Positions 16,180 through 26,482 are shown, numbered from the stretch's first letter. The stretch is DNA of 64,000 nt from Gemmatimonadota bacterium (GCA_046757845.1 JBHHYZ010000003.1:26628-90627); one strand, 5' to 3'. The notes: a model not told the origin generated them from the letters alone. Program-made: numbers and translations.

Positions 16180-17726
16180 CATGCGGATTCGGCCGGAAGA
16201 GGCGGCGAGGGGCCCGGGCGGGCCGAGGATGTCGGAGGTTTCCCGCGGTCCAGAATCGGCTTCAGGAACGGAGGAACCAGGAACGTGGACATCATCACCA
16301 TGATCAGGATCGCGCTGTACACCTCGTTCGACAGAATCCCCTCCCTGAGGCCGAACGCCGCGAAGATGAGACCCACCTCGCCTCGCGGCACCATGCCGAC
16401 GCCCACCGCGAGCCGATTGACCTCCGGATGGCGAACCGCGAACCCCCCCACGAGTTTCCCCACGATGGCGATGACCGTGAGGATGCCACCCACGGCCAGC
16501 ACCGGGAGGCTGAAGTCGTGTGTTCCGGGGATGAACAGGCGCACGTTGACGGGGACCCCGACCACCACGAAGAAGATGGGGGTGAACACGTCCGCCACGG
16601 GCTCGATCCGCTCTACCACCGTGTCGAATTGATTGGTCGACGAGAGTATGATCCCGGCTGCGAAGGCCCCGATGATCATCGCCGAGCCGGACAGATCGGC
16701 CAACGCGGCCAGCAGAAGCGCGAAGCAGAACGCCGTCACAAGAAGCACGCCGCGAACCCGCATTCCGTCCACGATGTTGAACAGGTAGGGAGCGGCTCGA
16801 TTGCCGATGACCACCGCCAGAACCAGGAATCCGACCGCGAACAGGAAGATCTTTCCGATCGCCAGCACACCGACGGCGGCGCCGCTCGCCAGGCCGACCA
16901 CCACGGCCAGGATGATGATGCCGAGCACGTCGTCGATCACGGCGGCTCCAACGATGATGCGGGCTTCCCGAGTGTGCATCTTGCCCAGGTCCGAGAGTAC
17001 TCTCGCGGTGATTCCCACCGAGGTCGCGGTGAGAGTGGCCCCTACGAAGATGGCGACGATGGAGAAGGTGATGCCCGGCGGGTGAGCCCCGATGGTAGGA
17101 TTGAACGCGTACCAGTAGCCGAAGCCGAGACCGAACGGGACCAGCACGCCGATGCAGGCGACCAGAAAGGCGGACGGGCCCACCCGGAACATTTCTTTCA
17201 GATCGGTCTCCAACCCGATCTCGAACAGCAGGATGGACACTCCGATCTCGGAGAAGACGTAGATGATCTCCCGCAGCGCCGTCCCCTCGGGCGGAATCAC
17301 TCCCAGGACGCTGCCCCCGAGTACGACGCCGGCGGCCAGTTCCCCGAGCACCGCCGGCTGGCCGATCCGCTCGGCCAGCTCCCCGAAGAACTTGCCCAGG
17401 AGCAGAATCGCGATGAGAACAAGAAACACGTGGGCGATGTCCGGGCCTTCCGAGCCCTGGCGTGGCTCCGGAGTCTGGGCCTCGTGTCCCTGGCGGGAGG
17501 GGGCGAACGAGTCGCCCGGCTGACCCATCGCCGGGCCGGCGGCAAGCGCGGGGGCGGTCGTGGACGGCTGGGTGGCCACTGGCCGGGAAGCAGTGCCCGC
17601 GTCTTCCGCGACGGCCCGGTCGCGGGTCGCTCCGCTCACCAGCACCGCCAAACCGAGGGCCAGACCGACGACCCTCATCCACGACGGCGTGCGCCGCCGC
17701 CGGCTTCTAGCGGGCTCCGGGCTCAC
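16179..17726 (-). CDS. cation:proton antiporter (CPA family Na+/H+ exchanger)
   Basis: 12-13 TM hydrophobic protein; 'LGKFFGELAERIGQPAVLGELAAGVVLG' is typical of Kef/NhaP-type antiporters. Confidence 0.75.
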   Translation of the reverse strand: MSPEPARSRRRRTPSWMRVVGLALGLAVLVSGATRDRAVAEDAGTASRPVATQPSTTAPALAAGPAMGQPGDSFAPSRQGHEAQTPEPRQGSEGPDIAHVFLVLIAILLLGKFFGELAERIGQPAVLGELAAGVVLGGSVLGVIPPEGTALREIIYVFSEIGVSILLFEIGLETDLKEMFRVGPSAFLVACIGVLVPFGLGFGYWYAFNPTIGAHPPGITFSIVAIFVGATLTATSVGITARVLSDLGKMHTREARIIVGAAVIDDVLGIIILAVVVGLASGAAVGVLAIGKIFLFAVGFLVLAVVIGNRAAPYLFNIVDGMRVRGVLLVTAFCFALLLAALADLSGSAMIIGAFAAGIILSSTNQFDTVVERIEPVADVFTPIFFVVVGVPVNVRLFIPGTHDFSLPVLAVGGILTVIAIVGKLVGGFAVRHPEVNRLAVGVGMVPRGEVGLIFAAFGLREGILSNEVYSAILIMVMMSTFLVPPFLKPILDRGKPPTSSARPGPSPPLPAESA

Positions 17727-17752
17727 GCGGATTCCGGCGGGTCGAAGACGCG

Positions 17753-18070
17753 CTACGGTCGGTGTCGAACATCGATCCTACGCGGGCGAATCCAGCGCCA
17801 GCGATCGGCGAACACCAGCGTGTCCGAATACTGCAGAGACAGCCGAATCTCACCGCGCGGCAAATGCATGAGTCCGATCCTTTCCGCCTGCCTGGGCAAT
17901 CCGAGCTCTCGAACCCGCGCCAGCACGGCCGCCCGGATCTCCTCATCCCCTCTTCCCTCGCCGAGCCGGAGCTGCTGCTGGGCCGTCTCCCGTACGGATC
18001 GGAAGTCCACTTCACTTCGAATCACGATGATCGCCGCATAGCCAACCGCCACGCCCAAGGCGATCAGCAT
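17753..18070 (-). CDS. hypothetical single-TM protein
   Basis: 'MLIALGVAVGYAAIIVI' TM helix; no motif recognised. Confidence 0.3.
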   Translation of the reverse strand: MLIALGVAVGYAAIIVIRSEVDFRSVRETAQQQLRLGEGRGDEEIRAAVLARVRELGLPRQAERIGLMHLPRGEIRLSLQYSDTLVFADRWRWIRPRRIDVRHRP

Positions 18071-18116
18071 CAGGCAACCGAGACGGCTCGCCCCGGCCGC
18101 GGCGTCCCGTGGTCTC

Positions 18117-18614
18117 TCACCACTGCGACTGGGCGCCATCCACGATCTTCTGCACGAGGTTCTCCAGGGCCACCTTCATCCCGGCCTCTTCCGTTTCGTT
18201 GCCCGGCTCGTACTCCCCGACGCCGCTCACGGCGGGCGCAGACCAGATCACCTCCTGCGTGGCGTTGTCCACGATCTCCACGCTGGCGGAGATGGTCACC
18301 CGACGTTGGAATACTTCGGCTCCCACATCTTCACGGCCCTGAAAGCTCACCGCCTCATCGGAGTACCGGCGGATGGATACGCGTATCAGCGCGTCCGCAT
18401 CGGATTCCGAGGCGAGCCGCAGTCCGAGTCGTTCTCTGGCCGCGTCCAGCAACGCCTGCGTCAACGTCTCCGAGATCCCGAAGCGGGTCGTCTGATTGCC
18501 GACGGGCGCCACATAGGCCGTCTTCACGTGCGACGGCAACCCTCCCCCCCCGGAGAAGCTATAGCACGCGGAACAGAGGAGCAGCCACAGGCTAGCCCGG
18601 TGCTTCCAACTCAA
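18117..18614 (-). CDS. LPS-assembly lipoprotein LptE-like
   Basis: Lipoprotein signal '...LLLCSAC'. 'ALIRVSIRRYSDEAVSFQGREDVGAEVFQRRVTISASVEIVD' resembles the LptE core. Confidence 0.45.
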   Translation of the reverse strand: MSWKHRASLWLLLCSACYSFSGGGGLPSHVKTAYVAPVGNQTTRFGISETLTQALLDAARERLGLRLASESDADALIRVSIRRYSDEAVSFQGREDVGAEVFQRRVTISASVEIVDNATQEVIWSAPAVSGVGEYEPGNETEEAGMKVALENLVQKIVDGAQSQW

Positions 18615-19365
18615 AGATCGCCTCCGCGTACGGCTCCGGCACGGTCCGCCGTTCGATCAATCTCCAGCGTGCCCGGCTGGGAGTCAGGTTGTCCCGGTAC
18701 TCCGCTTCGGCCGGCCATCCCGTTTCTCCCTTCCACTCAAGCTCGATCCGGCGGGACACGCGGCCCTCCGCCCGCTCCTCCAGCCGCACCACCCGCTCCT
18801 TCGCCACGAAGAAGAAACGCGTCGCCCCCCCTCCAGTTTCATATACCAGCACATCCGCATCACCACTCCGGAAGCCGCGGCTGGGCTCCGGAGCTCCCGG
18901 TCGGAACAGGCCCGCCATCGCATACAGGAACGCCGGGGCGGGAAGCTGCACATCTTCAATCTCGCCCAACGTCGTCAGAGAGTCACGGGCCAGGACCGCC
19001 GACATCGACCCTTCCCCCGTGGTGAAGAAGTCCAGGCGGAACTTGTCCGGCGGATTGATGCGCGCCACCCCATCCCCGCGAAGCCGTCCGTTGTGGTCCG
19101 CGTAGTCCCATTGGAAGCGAATGAATGTGGGCCGTTCCGCAGCCGTTCGGGAATACAACCGAGCGGCCACAGCCCCGGGATCGGCCAGGGCCGGCCCCAT
19201 CCGGATCTGTCCGGCACACCCGATGGACAGAACCGCGGCGCAACCCGCGATGGTCCCCAGCCGTAGAGTTCCCGGTCTTATCAACGAAGTCGATCTCCTC
19301 ACCGTTCCAGGGCGGACCGCACGATCGTAGGGAGCCGCATGAGCGTCCCGTGCGCATTCGTGCAC
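18592..19365 (-). CDS. hypothetical lipoprotein (LolB-like/DUF4292-like?)
   Basis: Signal peptide plus lipobox 'VLSIGCAG'; no catalytic motif. Confidence 0.35.
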   Translation of the reverse strand: MHECARDAHAAPYDRAVRPGTVRRSTSLIRPGTLRLGTIAGCAAVLSIGCAGQIRMGPALADPGAVAARLYSRTAAERPTFIRFQWDYADHNGRLRGDGVARINPPDKFRLDFFTTGEGSMSAVLARDSLTTLGEIEDVQLPAPAFLYAMAGLFRPGAPEPSRGFRSGDADVLVYETGGGATRFFFVAKERVVRLEERAEGRVSRRIELEWKGETGWPAEAEYRDNLTPSRARWRLIERRTVPEPYAEAIFELEAPG

Positions 19366-19703
19366 ACGAGCTCGGTCCAGGCCCGTGCCATCGGCACGCC
19401 GTCATCTCCCCGTTCCAGCCTATAGGCGAAGCGGACACTGCGGCTGCGGACCTGCTCGACGCGGGTGCGGATTCGCACCGTGTCATCGTAGCCGACTCCC
19501 TGCCTGTACTCCACGTGAGCCTTCGACACCGGTAAGCGCAATCCCCGCCGCTCGAGCTCCGCGTACGAAATCCCCCGTCCACGCATGAACCTTGTGCGGC
19601 CCAGTTCGCACCACACAAGATAGTGGCTGTGGTGGGCCCGTCCCATCTGGTCGGTCTCCGCGTAGCGAACGCGTATTTCGATCACGTCCGATTCGTCTTG
19701 CAT
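19299..19703 (-). CDS. acyl-CoA thioesterase, YbgC/4HBT hot-dog family
   Basis: 'RVRYAETDQMGRAHHSHYLVWCELGRTRFM' is the 4HBT signature. Confidence 0.7.
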   Translation of the reverse strand: MQDESDVIEIRVRYAETDQMGRAHHSHYLVWCELGRTRFMRGRGISYAELERRGLRLPVSKAHVEYRQGVGYDDTVRIRTRVEQVRSRSVRFAYRLERGDDGVPMARAWTELVCTNAHGTLMRLPTIVRSALER

Positions 19704-19846
19704 GGTCGGGATCCGTTGTGCGTGGTTCCGGTCGATCTCCGCCTCTGCCGCTGCGCGGATCGGAGCCCCAGGCTAGGGAGGGGCGAAGAGGCTGTCAATC
19801 GAACCGGGAGCGTTGACGCGTTCGATCGGCCGGGTATCTTCGGCGA

Positions 19847-20584
19847 ATGATCCAACGTCCCAGCATCCTCGTGTCCGACGCCCATCTCGGAGCTGTCCCG
19901 CTCGCGGCCCAGAAGGCCTTCGGAGAGTTTCTCGAGTCCGTTCCGGATCTGTCCGACGACCTGATCATCAACGGGGACCTGTTCGATTTCTGGTTCGAGT
20001 ACCGGCGAGTGATCCTGCGCGAGCATTTTCGCGTGCTCTGCCGACTGGCGGAGCTGGTGGATGGTGGAGTTCGGATCCGGCTGGTGGGCGGGAACCATGA
20101 CGCCTGGGGCGGGAGCTTTCTGAGCGAAGAGATCGGGATTGAGCTCGTCCGCGGACCCTGTCATATCCAGCTCGGCGGCCGCCGGGCCTATCTGGCGCAC
20201 GGCGATGGACTGGCGGGAGGAGACTGGGGCTATCGCGTGCTCAAGCGAACGATTCGCAGCCAAGTCGGATCGGCTCTGTTCCGGCTCATCCACCCCGACC
20301 TGGGGCGGCCGATCGCGAGCTTGTTCAGCGCGACTGCCGCTCGGGAGCTCCGCGGGCCCGGAGTCAAGTCGGCTCGGGCCATACGCCTCTCCGAGCACGC
20401 GGCACAACTGTTGAGGAGCGATCCCACCCTGGATCTGGTGGTGTTCGGTCACACACACTGGCCGGAGCTGAGCGAGGTCGAGCCGGGACGATACTACTTG
20501 AATCCCGGAGACTGGGTCCACCATTTCACCTACGGCGTCGTGAGCCCCTCCGAGGTGCTTCTCAAGCGCTGGACCCTAGACTGA
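19847..20584 (+). CDS. lpxH: UDP-2,3-diacylglucosamine hydrolase (metallophosphoesterase)
   Basis: 'VSDAHLG', 'INGDLFDFW', 'GGNHD', 'HGD' and 'GHTH' are calcineurin-like phosphoesterase motifs in LpxH order. Confidence 0.7.
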   Translation: MIQRPSILVSDAHLGAVPLAAQKAFGEFLESVPDLSDDLIINGDLFDFWFEYRRVILREHFRVLCRLAELVDGGVRIRLVGGNHDAWGGSFLSEEIGIELVRGPCHIQLGGRRAYLAHGDGLAGGDWGYRVLKRTIRSQVGSALFRLIHPDLGRPIASLFSATAARELRGPGVKSARAIRLSEHAAQLLRSDPTLDLVVFGHTHWPELSEVEPGRYYLNPGDWVHHFTYGVVSPSEVLLKRWTLD

Positions 20585-21406
20585 CCGTCTCCACATCTCC
20601 CGGATCCGACCCGAGGAAACGCCTCGCCAGAATCCCGAAGCGCGCCTCGTCGTCGGTGACGAAGGTCTGGTGCCGCCGGCGCACGTTTCCGCCGGCCAGA
20701 AGCTCTTCCGCGGCCAGGACCTCTTCCACCGCCGCCGCCGTGGCTTCGGCCGAATCGATCACGACCACCGAATCGCCCGCGAGCCCGGACAGGAGCGGAC
20801 GCAGCAGTGGGTAATGGGTGCAGCCCAGGACGAGCGTGTCGATCCCCCGTGAAAGAAGAGGCTTGAGATAGGTCGACGCCGTCAGCCGGGCGACCTCCCC
20901 TTGGGTCCAGCCCTCCTCGGCCAGAGCCACGAACAGAGGACAGGCGTTGGAATGGACCACCGCATCGGGCCGCACGCTCCGGATCGCCGCTTCGTAGCTC
21001 CCGCTATCTATCGTTCCGCGCGTGCCGATCACTCCGATCGCGCCACACCGCGAGCGCCGGGCCGCTTCTCTCGCACCCGGCTGGATCACTCCGATCACGG
21101 GGACCGCGGTTCGGTCCGCCAGGTGCCGGTGCGCGCGGGCCGTCGCCGTGTTGCACGCGATCACCACCGCCTTCACGCGCCGGGCCAAAAGGAAGTCCAC
21201 CGCCTCCGTGGCGTATCGGCGCACCGTCTCGGGCGATTTCGGTCCGTACGGCACCCGGGCGGTGTCGCCCAGATAGACCGTGGCTTCCCGGGGGAGCCGG
21301 TCCCAGATGGCCCGGAGAACCGTCAGTCCTCCGACACCCGAATCGAACACGCCGATGGGAGCGTCCCTCCGCCCGGTGGAGCCGGTCTCACCGCTCTCAT
21401 TGCGCA
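20562..21406 (-). CDS. murI: glutamate racemase
   Basis: 'IGVFDSGVGGLTV', 'ACNTA' and 'LGCTHYP' are the MurI signatures. The likely GTG start is near 21406. Confidence 0.85.
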
Positions 21407-21439
21407 CGGGCCGTTCTTCCGGGTCTCCGATGGGCGAGC

Positions 21440-21901
21440 CTACGGGAACCCCAGGGGCACGCGGTACTCGACCTGGATCCCCACCTGGCCGTCGTCGGGT
21501 GGCTTCAGCTGCGGCTCGAAGTGCCAGAACTGCGTGGAGACCCAAGCATCGATCCCGCTCATGAAAGCCCAGAATCCCGCGAGCACGATCCAGTTCTCGC
21601 GCTGATCGGTGCGCGAATCGATCAGTGCCTGGTTTCGCGGTTCCGCATTCTTCGCCGCGTGAAGCTTGGCCTGGGACTTGAGGACCATGAACACCGTGGC
21701 CGCTTCCAGAGTGAAGTAGATGGCTCCGCGCGTCGGTCGATCCACGGACGTCTGACCCCAGCCAGGCAGAATCAGGGAGCGCGCGAACGCACCGAGAGGC
21801 GTGACGGGAGGCAGGCTGTCGACCTCGGCGGCGGCGGTATCCGGCGGAGTCACACCCTGGGCCGCCACCGGACCGCCACCCCCCAGCAACCAGCTGATCA
21901 A
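21440..21901 (-). CDS. hypothetical secreted/membrane protein
   Basis: Signal-like 'LISWLLGGGGPVAAQG'. The ORF-track N-terminus overlaps tRNA-Sec, so the real start must lie at or below 21901 (TTG). Confidence 0.3.
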   Translation of the reverse strand: MISWLLGGGGPVAAQGVTPPDTAAAEVDSLPPVTPLGAFARSLILPGWGQTSVDRPTRGAIYFTLEAATVFMVLKSQAKLHAAKNAEPRNQALIDSRTDQRENWIVLAGFWAFMSGIDAWVSTQFWHFEPQLKPPDDGQVGIQVEYRVPLGFP

Positions 21902-21906
21902 GAAGA

Positions 21907-22004
21907 TGGCGGGAACGTGTGGGAATCGAACCCACCCAGGACGTTTCCGCGCCCCGTGACGGTTTTGAAGACCGCAGGCAACACCAGTCACCATCCGCTC
22001 CCGC
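21907..22004 (-). tRNA. selC: tRNA-Sec (selenocysteine tRNA, anticodon UCA)
   Basis: My own reverse complement gives GCGGGAGCGGATGG...GCGGTCTTCAAAACCGTC...GTGGGTTCGATTCCCACACGTTCCCGCCA. The anticodon loop CUUCAAA (UCA) is identical to E. coli selC; there is a T-loop GGTTCGATTCC and a long variable arm; about 98 nt. Confidence 0.7.
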
Positions 22005-22055
22005 AAGCCGGGTCGCAATCAGGGGCAGGAGGTCGCTTCCTCGCCATGCTCACCT

Positions 22056-22436
22056 TCAACCCCTGTGCGCGATCACCTCTATCTCCACCCGCGCTCCCCT
22101 GGGAAGCGCGGCCACCTGAACCGTGGAGCGCGCCGGGTGGGGCGCGCGAAAACGCTCGGCGTACGCCCGGTTGACCGTCACGAAATCCGACATGTCCACC
22201 AGAAACACCGTCGTCTTGACGACGTCATCGAAGCCGAGCCGCGCGGCCTTCAGAACGGCTTCCAGGTTGCGCAGCACCCGCACGATCTCAGCTTCCACCC
22301 CTCCCGGGACCAATTCTCCCGAGTCCGGATCCAGTCCGATCTGCCCCGCCGAGAAGAACAGCCCACCCGCCCAGACACCCTGCGCGTACGGACCGATCGC
22401 CGCCGGTGCTCCCTCCGTGTGTACCGTGCCCTTCAC
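22056..22436 (-). CDS. RidA/YjgF family reactive intermediate deaminase
   Basis: 'EGAPAAIGPYAQGV' and 'TTVFLVDMSDFVTVNRAYAERF' are the RidA signature. The likely GTG start is near 22436. Confidence 0.7.
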   Translation of the reverse strand: MKGTVHTEGAPAAIGPYAQGVWAGGLFFSAGQIGLDPDSGELVPGGVEAEIVRVLRNLEAVLKAARLGFDDVVKTTVFLVDMSDFVTVNRAYAERFRAPHPARSTVQVAALPRGARVEIEVIAHRG

Positions 22437-23506
22437 CTGCCACCTCCCGCCTGTTCCACTCCATCCGTGTCCGGCGCGGATGGAGGAGCCGCGCCCCTGC
22501 GCTTGCCCTCCGCGCCGGAGCCCCGGCCAGGTTCCACGGCACTCCGTCGCGCCGACGATACCCCACAAGCGGGGCCGCGCTTCACCCATTCCTCAACAAG
22601 CTCCGCACAGGACACGGGTTGGGCTCCCGACTTCGAAACCTCGATTCCCGCCGCAAAATTCGCCAGCACGGCGGCCTCGCGCAAAGGCGCGTCGGCCCCG
22701 ATGAAGGCCGAGACGACCGCCGTCACGGTGTCACCGGCCCCCGAGACATCATAGACGTCCCGCGCTCGCGATGGGATCCGCAGCTCTCTCCCCTCGCCTC
22801 CCTCCAACAGCAACATTCCGCGCTGTCCGAGCGTTATCAGCAGGTTGCGGCACGCGAGCCTCCGCAGCACGGGCCGGAGGTCATCGAGCAGCGTCCAGAC
22901 GCTCTCGCGGCCCAAGGCCGCCGCCAATTCGCGCCCATTGCATTTGAACAGGAGAGCACCCTGAAGCAGGAGGAACCGCCGCAGCTTGGGATCCACCACC
23001 GACGGAATGCCACGCCGCGCCGCTTCGCTCAGCAGCACGGCACCGGTGTCTCGCCCCAGGGCACCCTTGTCGTAATCCTCCAGGACCAAGACATCCGCAC
23101 CATCCATGGCATCCACGGCACACCTCTGAAGCTTCAGGCTGGCGGCCTCGGAGAGGTCTTCGTCGGACTCCCGATCTATGCGGATCATCTGCTGGTGTCG
23201 GGACAGAACTCGCGTCTTCACGGTGGTGGGGCGCTCCGAAATTCGGAGGAGCGATTCGGAACCGATTCCCTCCTCTTCCAATCGTCCGCACAGCGCCTCG
23301 GCGGCCGCGTCGGCACCCACGACCCCGACCAGACGGCAATCCGCGCCCAGCGCGCGGAGCCCGACCGCGACGTTGGCGGCGCCTCCCAGGGTTTCCCGCT
23401 CCGCCTGCACACGAACGACCGGAACCGGGGCCTCGGGCGAAATCCGTTCGGTGGACCCGTGGATGTGGCGGTCCAACATCACATCCCCGACGACGAGCGC
23501 TCTCAC
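22433..23506 (-). CDS. D-glycero-beta-D-manno-heptose-7-phosphate kinase (HldE/RfaE domain I, PfkB family)
   Basis: 'ALVVGDVMLDRHIHG', 'LGGAANVA' and 'DVSGAGDTV' are PfkB/RfaE kinase motifs. Confidence 0.75.
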   Translation of the reverse strand: MRALVVGDVMLDRHIHGSTERISPEAPVPVVRVQAERETLGGAANVAVGLRALGADCRLVGVVGADAAAEALCGRLEEEGIGSESLLRISERPTTVKTRVLSRHQQMIRIDRESDEDLSEAASLKLQRCAVDAMDGADVLVLEDYDKGALGRDTGAVLLSEAARRGIPSVVDPKLRRFLLLQGALLFKCNGRELAAALGRESVWTLLDDLRPVLRRLACRNLLITLGQRGMLLLEGGEGRELRIPSRARDVYDVSGAGDTVTAVVSAFIGADAPLREAAVLANFAAGIEVSKSGAQPVSCAELVEEWVKRGPACGVSSARRSAVEPGRGSGAEGKRRGAAPPSAPDTDGVEQAGGGR

Positions 23507-23728
23507 CGCTTTCAGCCGGTCGAGCCAACGCTGTATCGAATCCCGGTCGGGGGCGAGATGCAGAAGTCGATCGTCCGTAGGTCCACCTTGCGAAGGCCGA
23601 AGGCTGCCGGTAACCTGCCGCCACGAGCCGGCCTCGAATCCGCCGCGCGGGAGCGGGCGTGCTGGCCCACGAAGGCGATCGCGACGCGGCCGTGGAGCCG
23701 CGCGCGAAAGTATTCCTGACCCCGGACG

Positions 23729-24580
23729 GTGTCAAAGGACGCTCCGATGCGCCAGCGCTCCTCCATCGTGACTCCCGCCCGCTTCATCGACAGCCTGCTC
23801 AAGCGGGCCGCCCTGGATGCGCAGACGTATTTTCTTCTCCTCCTCAAGACGGTGAAGGCCAGCTTTACGCGTCCCTTTTATGTTAGAGATCTCGTGCAGC
23901 AGATGGAAACGATCGGGGTCAACTCCCTCGGAATCGTGATCCTCACAGGCCTGTTCACGGGAATGGTGCTCGCGCTCCAGGCGGCCTTGGAGATGGAACA
24001 GTTCGGCGCCGTCATCTACATGGGCCGCGTGGTCGGCGCGAGCGCCGTGCGGGAGCTGGGACCGGTCCTGACGGCTCTCATGGTCACGGGACGGGCGGGC
24101 TCCGGAATGGCGGCGGAATTGGGAGCGATGAAGGTTACCGAACAGGTGGACGCGTTGGACACGATGGGTGTCGATCCGGTCCGCAAGCTGGTGGTGACCC
24201 GGGTGTTGGCAGCTCTGCTGGTGCTTCCGCTACTCACCGTTGTCGCCGACGTCATCGCGGTACTGGGCGGTCTGCTGATCGCGGTTGTCAAGTTGAACCT
24301 GACCTTCGATCTGTACATGAGAGGAGTCTACATCTCTCTGGCGGAGACGGGATTCCTGTTCCGATATGTGCCCATCGACATCCTGACCGGCATGATCAAG
24401 CCGATCGTGTTCGGAGGGATCATGGCGCTCACCGCGTGCCATTACGGGCTGACCACGGAAGGAGGCACCGAGGGAGTGGGAAGGGCCACCACCCGTTCGG
24501 TGGTGACATCGTCGGTTCTGATCCTGGCGGCGGACTATTTCATCACTCAGATCATCATCTCCCTGTTGATCCGATCATGA
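23729..24580 (+). CDS. mlaE: phospholipid ABC transporter permease
   Basis: MlaE/Ttg2B family: 'VRELGPVLTALMVTGRAGSGMAAELGAMKVTEQVDAL'. Confidence 0.85.
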   Translation: MSKDAPMRQRSSIVTPARFIDSLLKRAALDAQTYFLLLLKTVKASFTRPFYVRDLVQQMETIGVNSLGIVILTGLFTGMVLALQAALEMEQFGAVIYMGRVVGASAVRELGPVLTALMVTGRAGSGMAAELGAMKVTEQVDALDTMGVDPVRKLVVTRVLAALLVLPLLTVVADVIAVLGGLLIAVVKLNLTFDLYMRGVYISLAETGFLFRYVPIDILTGMIKPIVFGGIMALTACHYGLTTEGGTEGVGRATTRSVVTSSVLILAADYFITQIIISLLIRS

Positions 24581-25413
24581 GGGAGCAGGCCGGATCGAGG
24601 GAATCCGACTCCGCTCGCGAACCCGTCGGCAGGGTCGAGGCCGGAGGGCGCCCGGGGATCGTGCACACACCTCCGATCGCGGGACACGGTTGCGTGGCGC
24701 TCGACGATGTCTGGCTCACCTACGGGGACCATCCGGTGCTCAAAGGAATCAGCCTGGCAGTCTCGGGGGGGGAGATCCTCTGCGTACTGGGCGGTTCGGG
24801 CGAGGGAAAGTCAACCATCCTGCGGTTGATCCTCCGCTTGATCCGGCCGGACTCCGGCCGCATCTACGTGGACGGGACGGAGATCTGCCAGGCCCCGACG
24901 GATGTCGTCCTGAAGCTTCGACGTCACATGGGAATGGTGTTCCAGGGTTCCGCGCTGTTCGACAGTCTCACCGTGTTCGACAACGTGGCGTTCCCTCTCT
25001 ACGAGCACTCCACCCTGGACGACGAGCAGATCCGCGCCCGCGTCAACGAAGTGCTCAGCTTCGTGGACCTCGTGCCCGTGCAGGTGCTGGATCTTCTCCC
25101 CGCCGAGCTTAGCGGGGGCATGCAGAAACGGGTGGGAATCGCTCGCGCGATCGTGCACGAACCCTCCATCTTGCTGTTCGACGAGCCTACGAGCGGTCTC
25201 GATCCGGTGACCACCAAAACGATCGATCAGCTGATCCTGAAGCTACAGCGGGAACTGGGGGCATGCGCCGTGGTGGTCACGCATGACATTCAATCGGCCG
25301 AAAGGATTTCGACCCGAATCGCCTTGCTGGAGAAGGGCGAGATCCGTTTCATCGGGACGCCGGAAGAGATGCTCGCCTCGAAGGATCCACATGTTTGCGC
25401 GTTCCTCTCCTGA
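24577..25413 (+). CDS. mlaF: phospholipid ABC transporter ATP-binding protein
   Basis: Walker A 'GGSGEGKST', 'LSGGMQKRV' and 'LLFDEPTSGLD'. ATG at 24577 overlaps the mlaE stop. Confidence 0.85.
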   Translation: MREQAGSRESDSAREPVGRVEAGGRPGIVHTPPIAGHGCVALDDVWLTYGDHPVLKGISLAVSGGEILCVLGGSGEGKSTILRLILRLIRPDSGRIYVDGTEICQAPTDVVLKLRRHMGMVFQGSALFDSLTVFDNVAFPLYEHSTLDDEQIRARVNEVLSFVDLVPVQVLDLLPAELSGGMQKRVGIARAIVHEPSILLFDEPTSGLDPVTTKTIDQLILKLQRELGACAVVVTHDIQSAERISTRIALLEKGEIRFIGTPEEMLASKDPHVCAFLS

Positions 25414-25497
25414 GAGGCCGCGAACCCGACTACTGCACCACCGCGTTCGAAGGTTCGGAACCGAGCGGGGCGGGCGGGCCAGGAGGTTGTTGCCATC

Positions 25498-26478
25498 GTG
25501 AGACGATCGAGACAGGTGACCTGGGATCAGGTTCGGGTGGGGCTTTTCGTCATCGTCGCGCTGGTGATGCTGCTGGTAGGCGTTTTCCTGGTGGGGGACA
25601 CCGGCTCGGTGTTTGGAGAGCGCTACCACCTGGTCACGCTCATGAACTCCGCCGCCGGCCTGGCCCGCGGCGCCGCCGTCCAGGTCGCCGGCCAACCGGT
25701 GGGCCAGGTCGATCATGTCCAGCTGATCCCGCCCGAGAAGCGGCCGGCCTCCGGCGAAGCGGTGGCGGTGTGGCTCGCCGTGGACCGGGAGATCCAGACC
25801 CAGGTGCGAGAGGACTCCAAAGCTCGAATCCGGACCCAGGGCCTGCTGGGCGACAAGCTCATCGACATCGATCCGGGCTCCCCCGGCGCCCGCGTCCTGC
25901 GCGATGGCGATACCATCGCGGCGGCTCCGGAGCTCAACTATCAAGAAGCCCTAGATGAGGCTTCGGCCGCCGTACGACAGCTCACGATCCTGACCAAGAA
26001 CCTGGCGGACCTCACCGACCGGTTTCTGGCGGGAGAGGGAACGGCAGGTCAACTCATCGTGAACGACGAGCTGTATCGGCATCTGGTCGACCTCAGCGGC
26101 AGCATGAACGACGTGATGTCCAAGCTCTCGTCCCGGGAGAGCTCTCTGGGCAAGATGCTGGAGAGCGGTGAGCTGTACGACCGACTCCTCTCCATGACCT
26201 CGGCCATGGACACGCTGGCCACCGAGGTCACGACGGGACAGAGCACCCTGGGCAAGCTGTTCCGGTCGGACTCGTTGTATCGTTCGCTGGCATCGGTCGC
26301 GGCGCGCGCGGATTCCGTATTCGGCGCGATCCAGGCGGGTGAAGGGGCGATGGGACAGCTGGTCACCGACGACGCGCTCTACGAGGAACTCCTGCGCATG
26401 CTGGTGGACCTCAACTCGATCCTCACCGACCTGCGCACGTCCCCACAGAAGTACATCCCGCCGATCAAGGTCTTCTGA
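25498..26478 (+). CDS. mlaD: MCE-family phospholipid-binding protein
   Basis: N-terminal TM helix plus MCE domain ('AAVQVAGQPVGQVDHVQL'), then a long coiled-coil C-terminus. Confidence 0.8.
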   Translation: MRRSRQVTWDQVRVGLFVIVALVMLLVGVFLVGDTGSVFGERYHLVTLMNSAAGLARGAAVQVAGQPVGQVDHVQLIPPEKRPASGEAVAVWLAVDREIQTQVREDSKARIRTQGLLGDKLIDIDPGSPGARVLRDGDTIAAAPELNYQEALDEASAAVRQLTILTKNLADLTDRFLAGEGTAGQLIVNDELYRHLVDLSGSMNDVMSKLSSRESSLGKMLESGELYDRLLSMTSAMDTLATEVTTGQSTLGKLFRSDSLYRSLASVAARADSVFGAIQAGEGAMGQLVTDDALYEELLRMLVDLNSILTDLRTSPQKYIPPIKVF

Positions 26479-26482
26479 CGGG

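Noticed and set aside
15214-17682. 822-aa minus-strand ORF
   Set aside because: Only its C-terminal 322 aa (hemC) are real. The upstream part runs antisense/out of frame through the cation antiporter gene.
21440-22018. Full-length 192-aa ORF call
   Set aside because: Its first 37 codons overlap tRNA-Sec on the same strand, so the protein must start at or after the TTG near 21901.
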